Counted from the first letter of the stretch, positions 6,465 through 13,931 are shown. The stretch: 64,000 bases of DNA from a virus (IMGVR_UViG_3300046737_000227:1-64000), one strand, 5' to 3'. The notes: generated from the letters alone by a model not told the origin. Numbers and translations: made by a program.

Positions 6465-6815
6465 CTACCTACGACGAAGGGCGAACCATTCCGGACCGCG
6501 TCGCACGAAACTGCGCTCGATGGGGTCCCATTGAAAACAATTCGCTTCGCCCTCGGCGCGCGCGTAGAACGGTTGCAACAGCTCGGACGTTTTGCCGTCC
6601 AGGTAACCGCAGGGACCCAGGACGAAAAGCACCATGCCGCAGAACGAAGCGGGCTCCACAACGTCGTCGGTGTGGAAAAAACTGGCACCCGCTTGGGACA
6701 CCCAGCGCGCTAGTGCTTCATCGCTCAGCCCGGGGCACACGAAAACATCAAGCCGCTGCTCGCTTGGTATCGGCAGCATTTTGACGTAGCCCAGGTCGCC
6801 CGCGATGTCAGCCAT
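6465..6815 (-). CDS. hypothetical protein (116 aa)
   Basis: ORF MADIAGDLGYVKML... Its ATG overlaps the upstream stop. Confidence 0.55.
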   Translation of the reverse strand: MADIAGDLGYVKMLPIPSEQRLDVFVCPGLSDEALARWVSQAGASFFHTDDVVEPASFCGMVLFVLGPCGYLDGKTSELLQPFYARAEGEANCFQWDPIERSFVRRGPEWFALRRR

Positions 6816-6936
6816 TTGACGTCCAGATGGCGCCCCAACATTTCAGGCGGTAGTTGCGTATGTAATACACGCCCAGGCCGAAGCCGGTCACGATGACGTC
6901 GGACTTGTGCGCGGCATATTGCAGACACGTCACCAT
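6808..6936 (-). CDS. tiny hydrophobic peptide (42 aa)
   Basis: MVTCLQYAAHKSDVIVTGFGLGVYYIRNYRL... Linked by ATGGTGA and ATGGCTGA overlaps to its neighbours. Confidence 0.3.
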   Translation of the reverse strand: MVTCLQYAAHKSDVIVTGFGLGVYYIRNYRLKCWGAIWTSNG

Positions 6937-7009
6937 AACCAGTGCAGCAACAGCGCGCCGAGCAAGATGACGACGATGATTTCTTTCACGTCGTCGGACG
7001 TCCAGCGTT

Positions 7010-7222
7010 TCACTTGGGCACCCCGTTAATACGCTCCGGCTTGACCGGGAAATTGGTGTCCAGTAAAAACGTGCGACGCCACAGCGTGAGATAGAAAGTG
7101 CGCGTGACGTAACGCTCGTAGCCATCTCCCCACTCGAAGGGACCCACTTTGGTGAAGCGGAAACCGCGGAAGCTGGTGCGATGCGTGCCGAACTTAAACA
7201 GCGGTGGATATTTGTGGGCCAT
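7010..7222 (-). CDS. hypothetical protein (70 aa)
   Basis: Internal ATG (MAHKYPPLFKFG...) of ORF 7010..7270. Confidence 0.45.
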   Translation of the reverse strand: MAHKYPPLFKFGTHRTSFRGFRFTKVGPFEWGDGYERYVTRTFYLTLWRRTFLLDTNFPVKPERINGVPK

Positions 7223-7415
7223 AGATTTTTTTGTAGCCGCGCTTCGTTTTGAAAAACGTCGGGTCCGCACTCAGTGCGACGCGCGGGAACGCCACGCCCT
7301 CGAGGTTCTCGTTGTATGCGGTCTTGTCGCTCGTGCGGTCCGCGTCGCCCTTGCCGGCGCCCTTCAGACCGAAGTTGCGGTTGCCGCCGCCACCGTGTTT
7401 GATGTTAGGATTCAT
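7194..7415 (-). CDS. hypothetical Gly/Lys-rich protein (73 aa)
   Basis: ORF MNPNIKHGGGGNRNFGLKGAGKGD... Confidence 0.5.
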   Translation of the reverse strand: MNPNIKHGGGGNRNFGLKGAGKGDADRTSDKTAYNENLEGVAFPRVALSADPTFFKTKRGYKKIYGPQISTAV

Positions 7416-7585
7416 GTGAGGTCATCCCGGTATTGCCGGCGCTTCTCATGCGCGCGGGCGTCGTCCTGGATGCGTCGAACCAGCTCGGGCGTGAGCCGCT
7501 TCGGCAGGTCGTCGTATTCGCCGTGACCACAACACACGCTCTTGTCGTAGCCGTTGACTTCCATCCACTGCTCGGGTGTCATCAT
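7412..7585 (-). CDS. hypothetical protein (57 aa)
   Basis: Internal MMTPEQWMEVNGYDKSVCCGHGEY... ATGATGA overlap with the upstream stop. Confidence 0.5.
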   Translation of the reverse strand: MMTPEQWMEVNGYDKSVCCGHGEYDDLPKRLTPELVRRIQDDARAHEKRRQYRDDLT

Positions 7586-7833
7586 AGGCGAAAAAGGCGA
7601 GCGATGAAAGCGAAGATGGCCACGCCGATGAACACCGCCAGCGCGATGACGCCGGCCAGCAGCACGGTTCCGAACGTCAGCGTGAGCAGCACGGCGAGCC
7701 CGCCCCACAACGGAGCGGTGACCCACCACCAGGACCAGCCGATGACACCGGTGAGTTTCAAGACGAGGAACGCCAGGAAAAGTCCCCAGGTCCACGGCAG
7801 GCCGCCCGCGGGCGTTGAAGTTTTTTCACTCAT
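7582..7833 (-). CDS. small integral membrane protein (83 aa, about 3 TM), holin-like candidate
   Basis: MSEKTSTPAGGLPWTWGLFLAFLVLKLTGVIGWSWWWVTAPLWGGLAVLLTLTFGTVLLAGVIALAVFIGVAIFAFI. Confidence 0.6.
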   Translation of the reverse strand: MSEKTSTPAGGLPWTWGLFLAFLVLKLTGVIGWSWWWVTAPLWGGLAVLLTLTFGTVLLAGVIALAVFIGVAIFAFIARLFRL

Positions 7834-8353
7834 GTCGCAAGCGGGGTTCCGAGCAGCATGTCTGCGCGTTCGGGTTGCAGATTGCCGGCAGCTCGGACAT
7901 CTTGCCCAGGCTGTTCGGATAATAGTCCGCACTGAAGGGCGTGGTGAAACACCGAGCATCCCACAGCACGGTGACCAGCTGATATTTTGCCACGTGACCG
8001 ATGACCTTGCCCGTTAGTTCCGGATTGTGCAACGCATACACGTATTCGCCCACGGGAAAACGAGTGAGAGCGGATTGGCAGCCCTTCGCGCGGTCCAGGC
8101 ATTCGATAAAAGCCAGCGCGACCGCGGCGACCTGCACCAGTTCGGCGCGCAGCTTTTCCTCGCCGCTATCCTCGAGGATTTCCTTGGCGACCTCGCCTTG
8201 CTCCTCGCTGAGGATAGCCAGCCACTTGAGATGCGAATGATTTTGCTCGCCCCACTTAACGTCCTGGCGGTCGCGCTCCCAGAGCACATCGCAGATAGCG
8301 CGCGCTTGGGTTGCATTTTTCGCGAACGCACCGACTTGATTCAGCTCGCTCAT
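7826..8353 (-). CDS. MazG-like nucleoside triphosphate pyrophosphohydrolase domain protein (175 aa)
   Basis: RDRQDVKWGEQNH...LSEEQGEVAKEI...ELVQVAAVALAFIE matches the all-alpha NTP-PPase pattern as I recall it. It carries an extra C-terminal domain of about 80 aa. Confidence 0.6.
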   Translation of the reverse strand: MSELNQVGAFAKNATQARAICDVLWERDRQDVKWGEQNHSHLKWLAILSEEQGEVAKEILEDSGEEKLRAELVQVAAVALAFIECLDRAKGCQSALTRFPVGEYVYALHNPELTGKVIGHVAKYQLVTVLWDARCFTTPFSADYYPNSLGKMSELPAICNPNAQTCCSEPRLRHE

Positions 8354-9156
8354 AGGCTCGGGAGGTTTTCGATTTCACTCGGCTCGCCCACCGCGCTGAG
8401 CGGTGCGCCTGTGACCGCGTCGACTTCTTCGGCGAGCGGCGCGCCTTCAGTTACCGTCGGGTCCGCAAGAGGCTGTTCAAAAACATCGGCATCGTTCACC
8501 GCGGCAGCTTCGGCCTTGGCGCGTGCTTCCATCTCCGCTTGGCGTTGCATCAGCGCGTGGAAATACACGTTGAGCGCGTCCGAGAGCAGCTTGGCGATGT
8601 GGCCATCTTTGACGATGGCAAAGACTTCGTTGTTGTGGGTGGCGAGGACCTTTTGCGTCCACGGCTGGTTGAGCGGATGATTGCTCGGGCGAGGACGCTC
8701 CGCGATTTTGCAAAACGTGTTATCGGGTGCGGGTGAAAAGGTGAGCTTGGGCGCTGGCTCGGTTGGGCGCTCGTCGGGCACGGGTGCACCTTGCGCGTTG
8801 ACGGGGACAATTAGATTCTTACTCATGGTCGGTTGTGGTGTTGGTTTGGTCTTCGGTAAAAATTGGGCGCCAATCGGCGTGTTGTTCATCGCCGCGTTTT
8901 TGGTAGGCGAGGGGCCGCTTCGCACGGCGCGTTGTTTCGGCTGCGGGGCGCGCTTCGACGCTCCCGGGAGTTTCCCGTTCTGCGCTCCGAACGCGGCGGC
9001 TGCGCTCTGCACGTTTTCCTGCTCCTCCGGGCTGGTCAGCGGAGCTAGCTTGGCTCGCAGCCATCGGCGCTCCCTTTCGATTTGGGTGAGGCTATCATTG
9101 AAGATGGGTTGAATGGGTCCCGGCGGCGGGGCTTTGATGTCTTCCTGGCGGCTCAT
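8350..9156 (-). CDS. hypothetical protein (268 aa)
   Basis: Long ORF in the array. Pro/Ala-rich middle region. Confidence 0.65.
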   Translation of the reverse strand: MSRQEDIKAPPPGPIQPIFNDSLTQIERERRWLRAKLAPLTSPEEQENVQSAAAAFGAQNGKLPGASKRAPQPKQRAVRSGPSPTKNAAMNNTPIGAQFLPKTKPTPQPTMSKNLIVPVNAQGAPVPDERPTEPAPKLTFSPAPDNTFCKIAERPRPSNHPLNQPWTQKVLATHNNEVFAIVKDGHIAKLLSDALNVYFHALMQRQAEMEARAKAEAAAVNDADVFEQPLADPTVTEGAPLAEEVDAVTGAPLSAVGEPSEIENLPSL

Positions 9157-9377
9157 AAAGCAGGGGATTCACAAAGATGTTGAGCAAGCTGTTTGAATGC
9201 CGCGTTCTGCTTGCGCGTGCCGAGCGCCGCCCAGGTCAGCTGAAACCCGGGCAGCTTGTAAAAAAAGTCGAGCACATCGAGCGCCATGTGCTGGCCGGGC
9301 GTGAGCAACAGGCGAGCGCAAACGCCGGGCTCGTCAGCTTGCATCGCGCGAATTTCGGAATAACTCGGATATTTCAT
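9153..9377 (-). CDS. hypothetical protein (74 aa)
   Basis: ORF with a 4-nt overlap to each neighbour. Confidence 0.6.
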   Translation of the reverse strand: MKYPSYSEIRAMQADEPGVCARLLLTPGQHMALDVLDFFYKLPGFQLTWAALGTRKQNAAFKQLAQHLCESPAL

Positions 9378-9604
9378 GTGTTCACCACGCGAACTGTCCC
9401 GACGTGCTGGTATTCATGCGGCCCCGTCGGATTGGTTTTTTTGTTGTAAGTGGAACGAAACAGATGCCACACATTCGTGTGCGTGCCATCGGGCTTTATC
9501 GTTTGGTATCGACCACGCGCGTCAGCCCGCGACGCCTGCACGATGGTGCGGTAGCGTTGCGGCGCGTCATCATTGTCCCACGATACTTCAAAAGCAACTT
9601 TCAT
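9374..9604 (-). CDS. hypothetical protein (76 aa)
   Basis: ATG lies 12 nt after the class B hexamer CACTGG. Confidence 0.65.
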   Translation of the reverse strand: MKVAFEVSWDNDDAPQRYRTIVQASRADARGRYQTIKPDGTHTNVWHLFRSTYNKKTNPTGPHEYQHVGTVRVVNT

Positions 9605-9616
9605 CTTCCACTCTTA

Positions 9617-9644
9617 CCAGTGTGACCTTTTAGAAAAATGTCAA
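9617..9644 (-). promoter_or_regulatory. class B promoter (TTGACA-N16-CACTGG)
   Basis: TTGACA TTTTTCTAAAAGGTCA CACTGG TAAGAGTGGAAG ATG. Confidence 0.5.
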
Positions 9645-9649
9645 TAGGC

Positions 9650-10543
9650 TTAGTCCACGCTCGTCATCTTTTTCCAGTGGCTGTTGAAGTCCATGCGGTA
9701 GTCTTCGCGGCGCAGGTGTTGCCAGCCCTTGGCGTCCCATTCCGGTTTTTGGCGTTCGATGTCATCGGTCACGAACATCCAATTGAGCAGGTGCGCGTGA
9801 ATAGGGTCATCTGGATTTAAGTCGGGCACGCCGCCCAGGTCCGTCAGCACCTTCATGCTCTCGGCGTCGTTGTATCGCGCGCGGCCCTGCTGTGACAGGT
9901 CCCGCTCGGTTGTCTTGCGCGCCTTGCGGCAGCCCATATACCCGCCGGCCAGCAGGTGGTAGCGAAAAAGGTCAGAGAGCTCGGCCAGCTCCTTCATCGT
10001 GATATCATCCGGAATTTGGGTGTTGAGATAGGTGCCGTATTTGGTGCCCAGCCGCAGCGCCCAGCCGCCGGACGCGATGCCCAGGTGCACTTGCTTGCGC
10101 TTCCACCAAACGACGCCGGTAACGCGGGTAGGCGTTTGGTCGTCGTTGCGCCCCGTCCATGTCGGCACGCGGGCCTCTGCCATTTGAATTTCGCGGACGG
10201 TCCGCACGCGCTTGGGTTTGGGTGCGGGCTCCGGCTGTGGCAATGCGGCGTTGTCGATGGCGGCAAGGTATGAGGCACGCTGTGACGCCACGGTGCGCTC
10301 ACGTGCATCCCGGCGCATTTCCTCGGCCAGCGATTCCGCTTCCAGCCGGACCGCGCGCGTGGTCGGTAGCCCCTCGTTAGGGTCACCTAAAAGCCAGCGG
10401 CGATGCTCGGCCCACTTCATTCGGAGCGTGCCCAGGTTGATTTGTTTGGCGTGGCTGCGCACGCCGGCCCGGCTCGGACGCCGTCGGTGTTTGCGCGTGT
10501 CACGTCTAACGGGCTTTCGGTTTGGTTCGCTCATGCTACCCAT
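9650..10543 (-). CDS. first leftward early protein (297 aa; alternative ATG at 10534)
   Basis: Long ORF directly downstream of the class B promoter. The ATG at 10534 fits the promoter-to-start spacing better. Confidence 0.7.
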   Translation of the reverse strand: MGSMSEPNRKPVRRDTRKHRRRPSRAGVRSHAKQINLGTLRMKWAEHRRWLLGDPNEGLPTTRAVRLEAESLAEEMRRDARERTVASQRASYLAAIDNAALPQPEPAPKPKRVRTVREIQMAEARVPTWTGRNDDQTPTRVTGVVWWKRKQVHLGIASGGWALRLGTKYGTYLNTQIPDDITMKELAELSDLFRYHLLAGGYMGCRKARKTTERDLSQQGRARYNDAESMKVLTDLGGVPDLNPDDPIHAHLLNWMFVTDDIERQKPEWDAKGWQHLRREDYRMDFNSHWKKMTSVD

Positions 10544-10544
10544 A

Positions 10545-10572
10545 CCAGTGTGAAGAAATGCCGATTTGTCAA
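10545..10572 (-). promoter_or_regulatory. class B promoter, leftward arm
   Basis: TTGACA AATCGGCATTTCTTCA CACTGG. Lies 9 nt from the left arm of the 43-bp inverted repeat. Confidence 0.5.
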
Positions 10573-10581
10573 GGGCATGCG

Positions 10582-10742
10582 CTTACACGTCACAGTCAAC
10601 CTACCCTCCACCCACACAGGTTTTCTGGCTTTACTTTATCTGTTTTTGATTGAATCTATCTAATAAATATATATAAGTAGAAGAAGGATAGATAGTTATA
10701 AAACCTGTGTGGGTGGAGGGTAGGTTGACTGTGACGTGTAAG
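10582..10742. repeat. perfect 43-bp inverted repeat (10582-10624 / 10700-10742) flanking a 75-bp AT-rich core
   Basis: Arms checked base by base: cttacacgtcacagtcaacctaccctccacccacacaggtttt and its exact reverse complement. The core has 18 G/C in 75 nt. Confidence 0.95.
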
Positions 10743-10815
10743 GAAACAGCGAGGTGCTCGGTCGGACGTCACTCGGACCCCCTCGCATGGCTACTTTTGA
10801 CCGAGAGCAGAAAAT

Positions 10816-10830
10816 CGTGCATTTTGCACG
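10816..10830. promoter_or_regulatory. 15-bp palindrome CGTGCATTTTGCACG (operator candidate)
   Basis: Perfect dyad ending 2 nt upstream of the -35 of the rightward promoter. Related to the palindrome at 11734-11752. Confidence 0.45.
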
Positions 10831-10832
10831 CC

Positions 10833-10860
10833 TTGACATTTGGCCCTTTTTGCGCACTTA
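10833..10860 (+). promoter_or_regulatory. class B promoter, rightward arm (TTGACA-N16-CACTTA)
   Basis: TTGACA TTTGGCCCTTTTTGCG CACTTA. Unlike the others it is followed by a leader of about 40 nt with GGAGG at 10895-10899. Confidence 0.5.
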
Positions 10861-10906
10861 GGATAGGAATGACAATTTCAACCTTAAGGGAAACGGAGGT
10901 TTTTGT

Positions 10907-11062
10907 GTGAGCGACCCCAAAGACGTCGAAAAGAAACTCTTCGCTGGCGCACCTCATGCTGCGCAGAAGCTAAACTCAGCCGCTAAGAAACTGATACGCA
11001 AGCAGAAGCGTGAGCAGTGGTGGACCGCGAACCAGGATACCAAACGCAAGGGAATCTCGTAA
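10907..11062 (+). CDS. small basic protein (51 aa, GTG start)
   Basis: GGAGG lies 7 nt upstream. Open frame VSDPKDVEKKLFAG...KRKGIS found by hand translation. Confidence 0.45.
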   Translation: MSDPKDVEKKLFAGAPHAAQKLNSAAKKLIRKQKREQWWTANQDTKRKGIS

Positions 11063-11065
11063 CCC

Positions 11066-11707
11066 ATGTTGTTGAACAAGAACAAGTTAGACGTGGCGCA
11101 AATCCTGCTTACGTTCGTTGCGCTTTGCGGTGATGTGCAGAAGACTGCCGAAGCGTTAAACCTTGAGCCGAAGGTAGTTCAAGCGCTTGCGGATGCCGAG
11201 GGCTGGGACCTGAAGATTCAGCGCGTTACGCTCCTGGCCAAGTCTGGCAAGCCGGGCGACTTCGAGCGCGCCCAGAATCGCGCCCTCGCTTTTGTCCAGG
11301 GCCACCGCATTAGGTCCTTACTAGACAGCGTGATACGCCGCTTCGAGGGCCTGACGCCGGAAGAGATGTGTGATGCCGTGTCCAGCGTAAGCAAGAACGG
11401 GACCAGAATCCTATCGGCCCGCTATTTTACCGACCTCGCCTCCGCAGCCGAGAAGGCCAGCGCCATGTGCTATTCCGCCCTCGGCGATACCGCCGGCGAG
11501 CGCGTGCAGCGTGATGACGAGCCCGACCAGATGAACGTGAGCGCGTTGCATGCTGCTGTCATTGCGTCACTTAACTCGGCAGGCAGCCACACCAAGCCGG
11601 CGGACCAGATTGTCCGTGAGCTTGCCGAGGCGATTGAGGCGGTCGCGACGACTGAGCGAACCCAAGTCGAGACGCCGCCCGAACCCCCGACCCCAGGAGT
11701 TGGGTGA
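11066..11707 (+). CDS. HTH-like protein (213 aa), regulator or small-terminase candidate
   Basis: The N-terminal segment GDVQKTAEALNLEPKVVQALADAEGW looks like a helix-turn-helix. Acidic C-terminus. Confidence 0.55.
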   Translation: MLLNKNKLDVAQILLTFVALCGDVQKTAEALNLEPKVVQALADAEGWDLKIQRVTLLAKSGKPGDFERAQNRALAFVQGHRIRSLLDSVIRRFEGLTPEEMCDAVSSVSKNGTRILSARYFTDLASAAEKASAMCYSALGDTAGERVQRDDEPDQMNVSALHAAVIASLNSAGSHTKPADQIVRELAEAIEAVATTERTQVETPPEPPTPGVG

Positions 11708-11733
11708 ATACACCCAACGCGAGGCGACCCGAA

Positions 11734-11752
11734 GTGTGCCATTTTGGCACAC
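11734..11752. promoter_or_regulatory. 19-bp palindrome GTGTGCCATTTTGGCACAC (operator candidate)
   Basis: Perfect 8-bp arms around TTT. The half-site is related to the 10816-10830 palindrome. Confidence 0.4.
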
Positions 11753-12031
11753 CTTGCATCCCTCGGCAGCTCAACACCTTGCAACCTGACAAAGTGCCTA
11801 GACTCGCAACGCGACCGCTCGGCAGACCTTGCCACTTTGGACCTCGGTCCTCGTGCCTCGTGCCTAGGTTCGAGACACCGAGGTCAAGACACGTGATGAC
11901 AAGTAGTTACGCCGAATCGTTGGACACTCGCCGCCCAAGCAGGAATCGTGCCGAGGCCAGCCGGGGGGTTCCGGGGGCGGGAGCCTCGCTTGCTGAAGTC
12001 CGAGCTAAATTAAAAAAACCTTCGCGCGACC

Positions 12032-12059
12032 TTGACATCTTAGCGATTTTTCGCACTTA
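12032..12059 (+). promoter_or_regulatory. class B promoter
   Basis: TTGACA TCTTAGCGATTTTTCG CACTTA TTAGGG GTG(12066). Confidence 0.5.
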
Positions 12060-12065
12060 TTAGGG

Positions 12066-12524
12066 GTGACAGAGAACCAAGTTCATTGGGCGAGGTATAA
12101 GCATACCGCCAACGCAGCGCGCCGTCGGGTGTATTTTCTTAAGAACCGGGAACAGATGGCGGCGCGCGCGGCAGCGCGTGAAAAGGCCCAGGAAACGGAG
12201 GCCCTGGGGCGCATAGTCCGGGCATCCCGGAAACCGACCCAGCCTGAGCGACGTGGGGAGGTGAAGGAAATGGTGGCCGCGGCTAAAAGAACCCCCTGCC
12301 GGGACTGCGGCGGTATGTTCCACCCCGATGCGATGGACTTCGACCACCGGGACGCCGACCTAAAAGCTTTCAACATCAGCCGGTCGCATGAATATTCCCA
12401 GAGCCGGGTGATGGAAGAAATCGCGAAATGCGACCTCGTCTGCGCAAATTGCCATCGCGTCCGAACGGCTCGCCGCCGGCTCGGGTTGCCCACCACCCCA
12501 CCCCCGCCCGACTACGAAATATGA
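12066..12524 (+). CDS. HNH endonuclease (152 aa)
   Basis: CRDCGG...DFDHRD...CDLVCANCHRVRT. Paralog of 39815-40192. Confidence 0.8.
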   Translation: MTENQVHWARYKHTANAARRRVYFLKNREQMAARAAAREKAQETEALGRIVRASRKPTQPERRGEVKEMVAAAKRTPCRDCGGMFHPDAMDFDHRDADLKAFNISRSHEYSQSRVMEEIAKCDLVCANCHRVRTARRRLGLPTTPPPPDYEI

Positions 12525-12856
12525 CCCCACCCGTTCCCCCATACGCCGTCGTCCATCTCATTGACCCCGTCACCGGTCACGAGCACACCGTGACCCAGGC
12601 GTTCCTGGACGGTCGAGCACGCACCTTTGTCCGGGCAATACAGGACCACCTGCGGGAGGACCAAACTCCGCGGGTCTGCATCGCCGGCAGCATGGACTAC
12701 CTTTTTCTGCACGCCTACGCGGTGAACTACCTGAACCCGGCGGCGGCGTATATGGAGGTGACCCCGACTCTGCCCGAGGGCTTCCCGGGCCACTTCACCT
12801 ACCGCGGGGTGTTGGTCATCCGCGGGCTGGACGAACGCGGTTTTACTTTCGCATGA
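12521..12856 (+). CDS. hypothetical protein (111 aa)
   Basis: ATGA overlap with the HNH stop. Internal start of ORF 12428..12856. Confidence 0.55.
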   Translation: MTPPVPPYAVVHLIDPVTGHEHTVTQAFLDGRARTFVRAIQDHLREDQTPRVCIAGSMDYLFLHAYAVNYLNPAAAYMEVTPTLPEGFPGHFTYRGVLVIRGLDERGFTFA

Positions 12857-13044
12857 GCCTCAAACACCGACTCTCTGACCCCGAACTGGCGCAACTCCAA
12901 GAGGTGATGCTCGGCGAGCCGCTCCTGCCATCCGAGGTGACCGACCCCGCCGCGCTGGTTTCCCTTTTGGGTCGCGGGCTGGTCCGCCAGGACTGCGGCC
13001 ACTATTGGCCGGACTGGGACCTCATTGCGAAAAACTCGGTTTGA
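12853..13044 (+). CDS. hypothetical protein (63 aa)
   Basis: ORF with ATGA overlap. Confidence 0.5.
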   Translation: MSLKHRLSDPELAQLQEVMLGEPLLPSEVTDPAALVSLLGRGLVRQDCGHYWPDWDLIAKNSV

Positions 13045-13069
13045 CATGCCGGGGTCCCCGTGCGATATT
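13041..13069 (+). promoter_or_regulatory. class A promoter on the plus strand
   Basis: TTGACA TGCCGGGGTCCCCGTGC GATATT GCGGG GTG(13075). Spacer dyad CGGGGTCCCCG. Confidence 0.55.
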
Positions 13070-13074
13070 GCGGG

Positions 13075-13242
13075 GTGAAAGAAACCACCGAACAGTTCGT
13101 GGCTCGCATCAAAGCGCGGACCGCCGAGCTGGAGAAGCTGCCGAAGGGCCGGGCGCGCCAGCAGGCTCGCTATGCTTTTGTCGTCGTCCTAGGCACCCCA
13201 TCGAATCCCTACCCCAATGACCACCAAACTCCATCCCATTAA
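13075..13242 (+). CDS. hypothetical protein (55 aa, GTG start)
   Basis: GTG lies 5 nt after the hexamer. In frame with ORF 13060..13242. Confidence 0.5.
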   Translation: MKETTEQFVARIKARTAELEKLPKGRARQQARYAFVVVLGTPSNPYPNDHQTPSH

Positions 13243-13699
13243 ACACGACCTGCCGGGCACCCTCTGGTGCGGGCCGGCGGCGCTGTCCATCACGACCGGT
13301 GCGGCCACCAGCGTCATCCACCGTCACATCATCGCGAAGACCGGCAAGCGCCGGGTCAAGGGCGTGACGAACCTCGTGCTCGGGCACGTGGCCAACGAGC
13401 TCGGGTTCAAGCTCGAGCTAATCTACAACTGGACGGAAGACCACCGCTACGAAACGCAATGGGGAATACCCCGGCGTATTCAGAACCCGGTTCCGACCCT
13501 CGCCCGCTTTTTGCGCGAACAACGCAAGAACCTGTCCAGCGCGCCGGTCATCGTCAACGTGACGCGTCATTATGTGGTGGTCCAGGGCCGCACGTTCATC
13601 GACAACCAAGTCGGGAAACCCATCCCGGCGAAAAAAGCCCCCGGTCGCCGCCGCCGAGTTTTTCGGGCGTGGCGCGTGGTGCCAATGGAGAAAATATGA
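13217..13699 (+). CDS. papain/C39-like cysteine peptidase candidate (160 aa)
   Basis: The LWCGPAALS motif and a later HYVVV block resemble a C39-type Cys/His pair. Confidence 0.45.
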   Translation: MTTKLHPIKHDLPGTLWCGPAALSITTGAATSVIHRHIIAKTGKRRVKGVTNLVLGHVANELGFKLELIYNWTEDHRYETQWGIPRRIQNPVPTLARFLREQRKNLSSAPVIVNVTRHYVVVQGRTFIDNQVGKPIPAKKAPGRRRRVFRAWRVVPMEKI

Positions 13700-13929
13700 A
13701 GACGTTGTGCGACTGTCATTGCGGCAGCGTCTGTCCGTTTGGAAAGCTCGGCTCGGAGCCCCGGTGTGAGATGGACCTGATGCCGGAGCCCCTGGTGTGG
13801 GGCCAGACTTACGACCAAGTGATGTTCATCGGCGGCCACCGCATCGCCTGCAAAACGGTTACGGCATTTTTTGTTGAGGGAAAACTGACGTGGCTCTTGA
13901 CGAATCAAAATTCTGTGGCACTGGTATAG
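13696..13929 (+). CDS. Cys-rich hypothetical protein (77 aa)
   Basis: MKTLCDCHCGSVCPFG... ATGA overlap. Confidence 0.5.
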   Translation: MKTLCDCHCGSVCPFGKLGSEPRCEMDLMPEPLVWGQTYDQVMFIGGHRIACKTVTAFFVEGKLTWLLTNQNSVALV

Positions 13930-13931
13930 GT

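Noticed and set aside
10582-10742. Protelomerase target (telRL-type hairpin telomere site), or an invertible promoter switch.
   Set aside because: The 75-bp centre is not itself palindromic, and no protelomerase-like gene is present. A 75-bp invertible segment is too short for typical recombinase-mediated inversion. I kept it as an origin or recombination-site candidate only.
10707-10910. 67-aa ORF starting inside the right arm of the inverted repeat.
   Set aside because: It begins within the repeat arm upstream of the mapped rightward promoter, so it would not be transcribed from that promoter. Its composition is unconvincing.
11745-11759. Sigma-54 promoter (TGGCAC...TTGCA) in TGGCACACCTTGCAT.
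   Set aside because: The spacing between the GG and GC elements is two nt too short for the -24/-12 consensus. TGGCAC here is simply half of a palindrome.
11704-12063. 119-aa ORF across the repeat-rich intergenic region.
   Set aside because: Arg/Pro/Ser-rich product with no promoter or coupling. The region is dominated by palindromes and short repeats.
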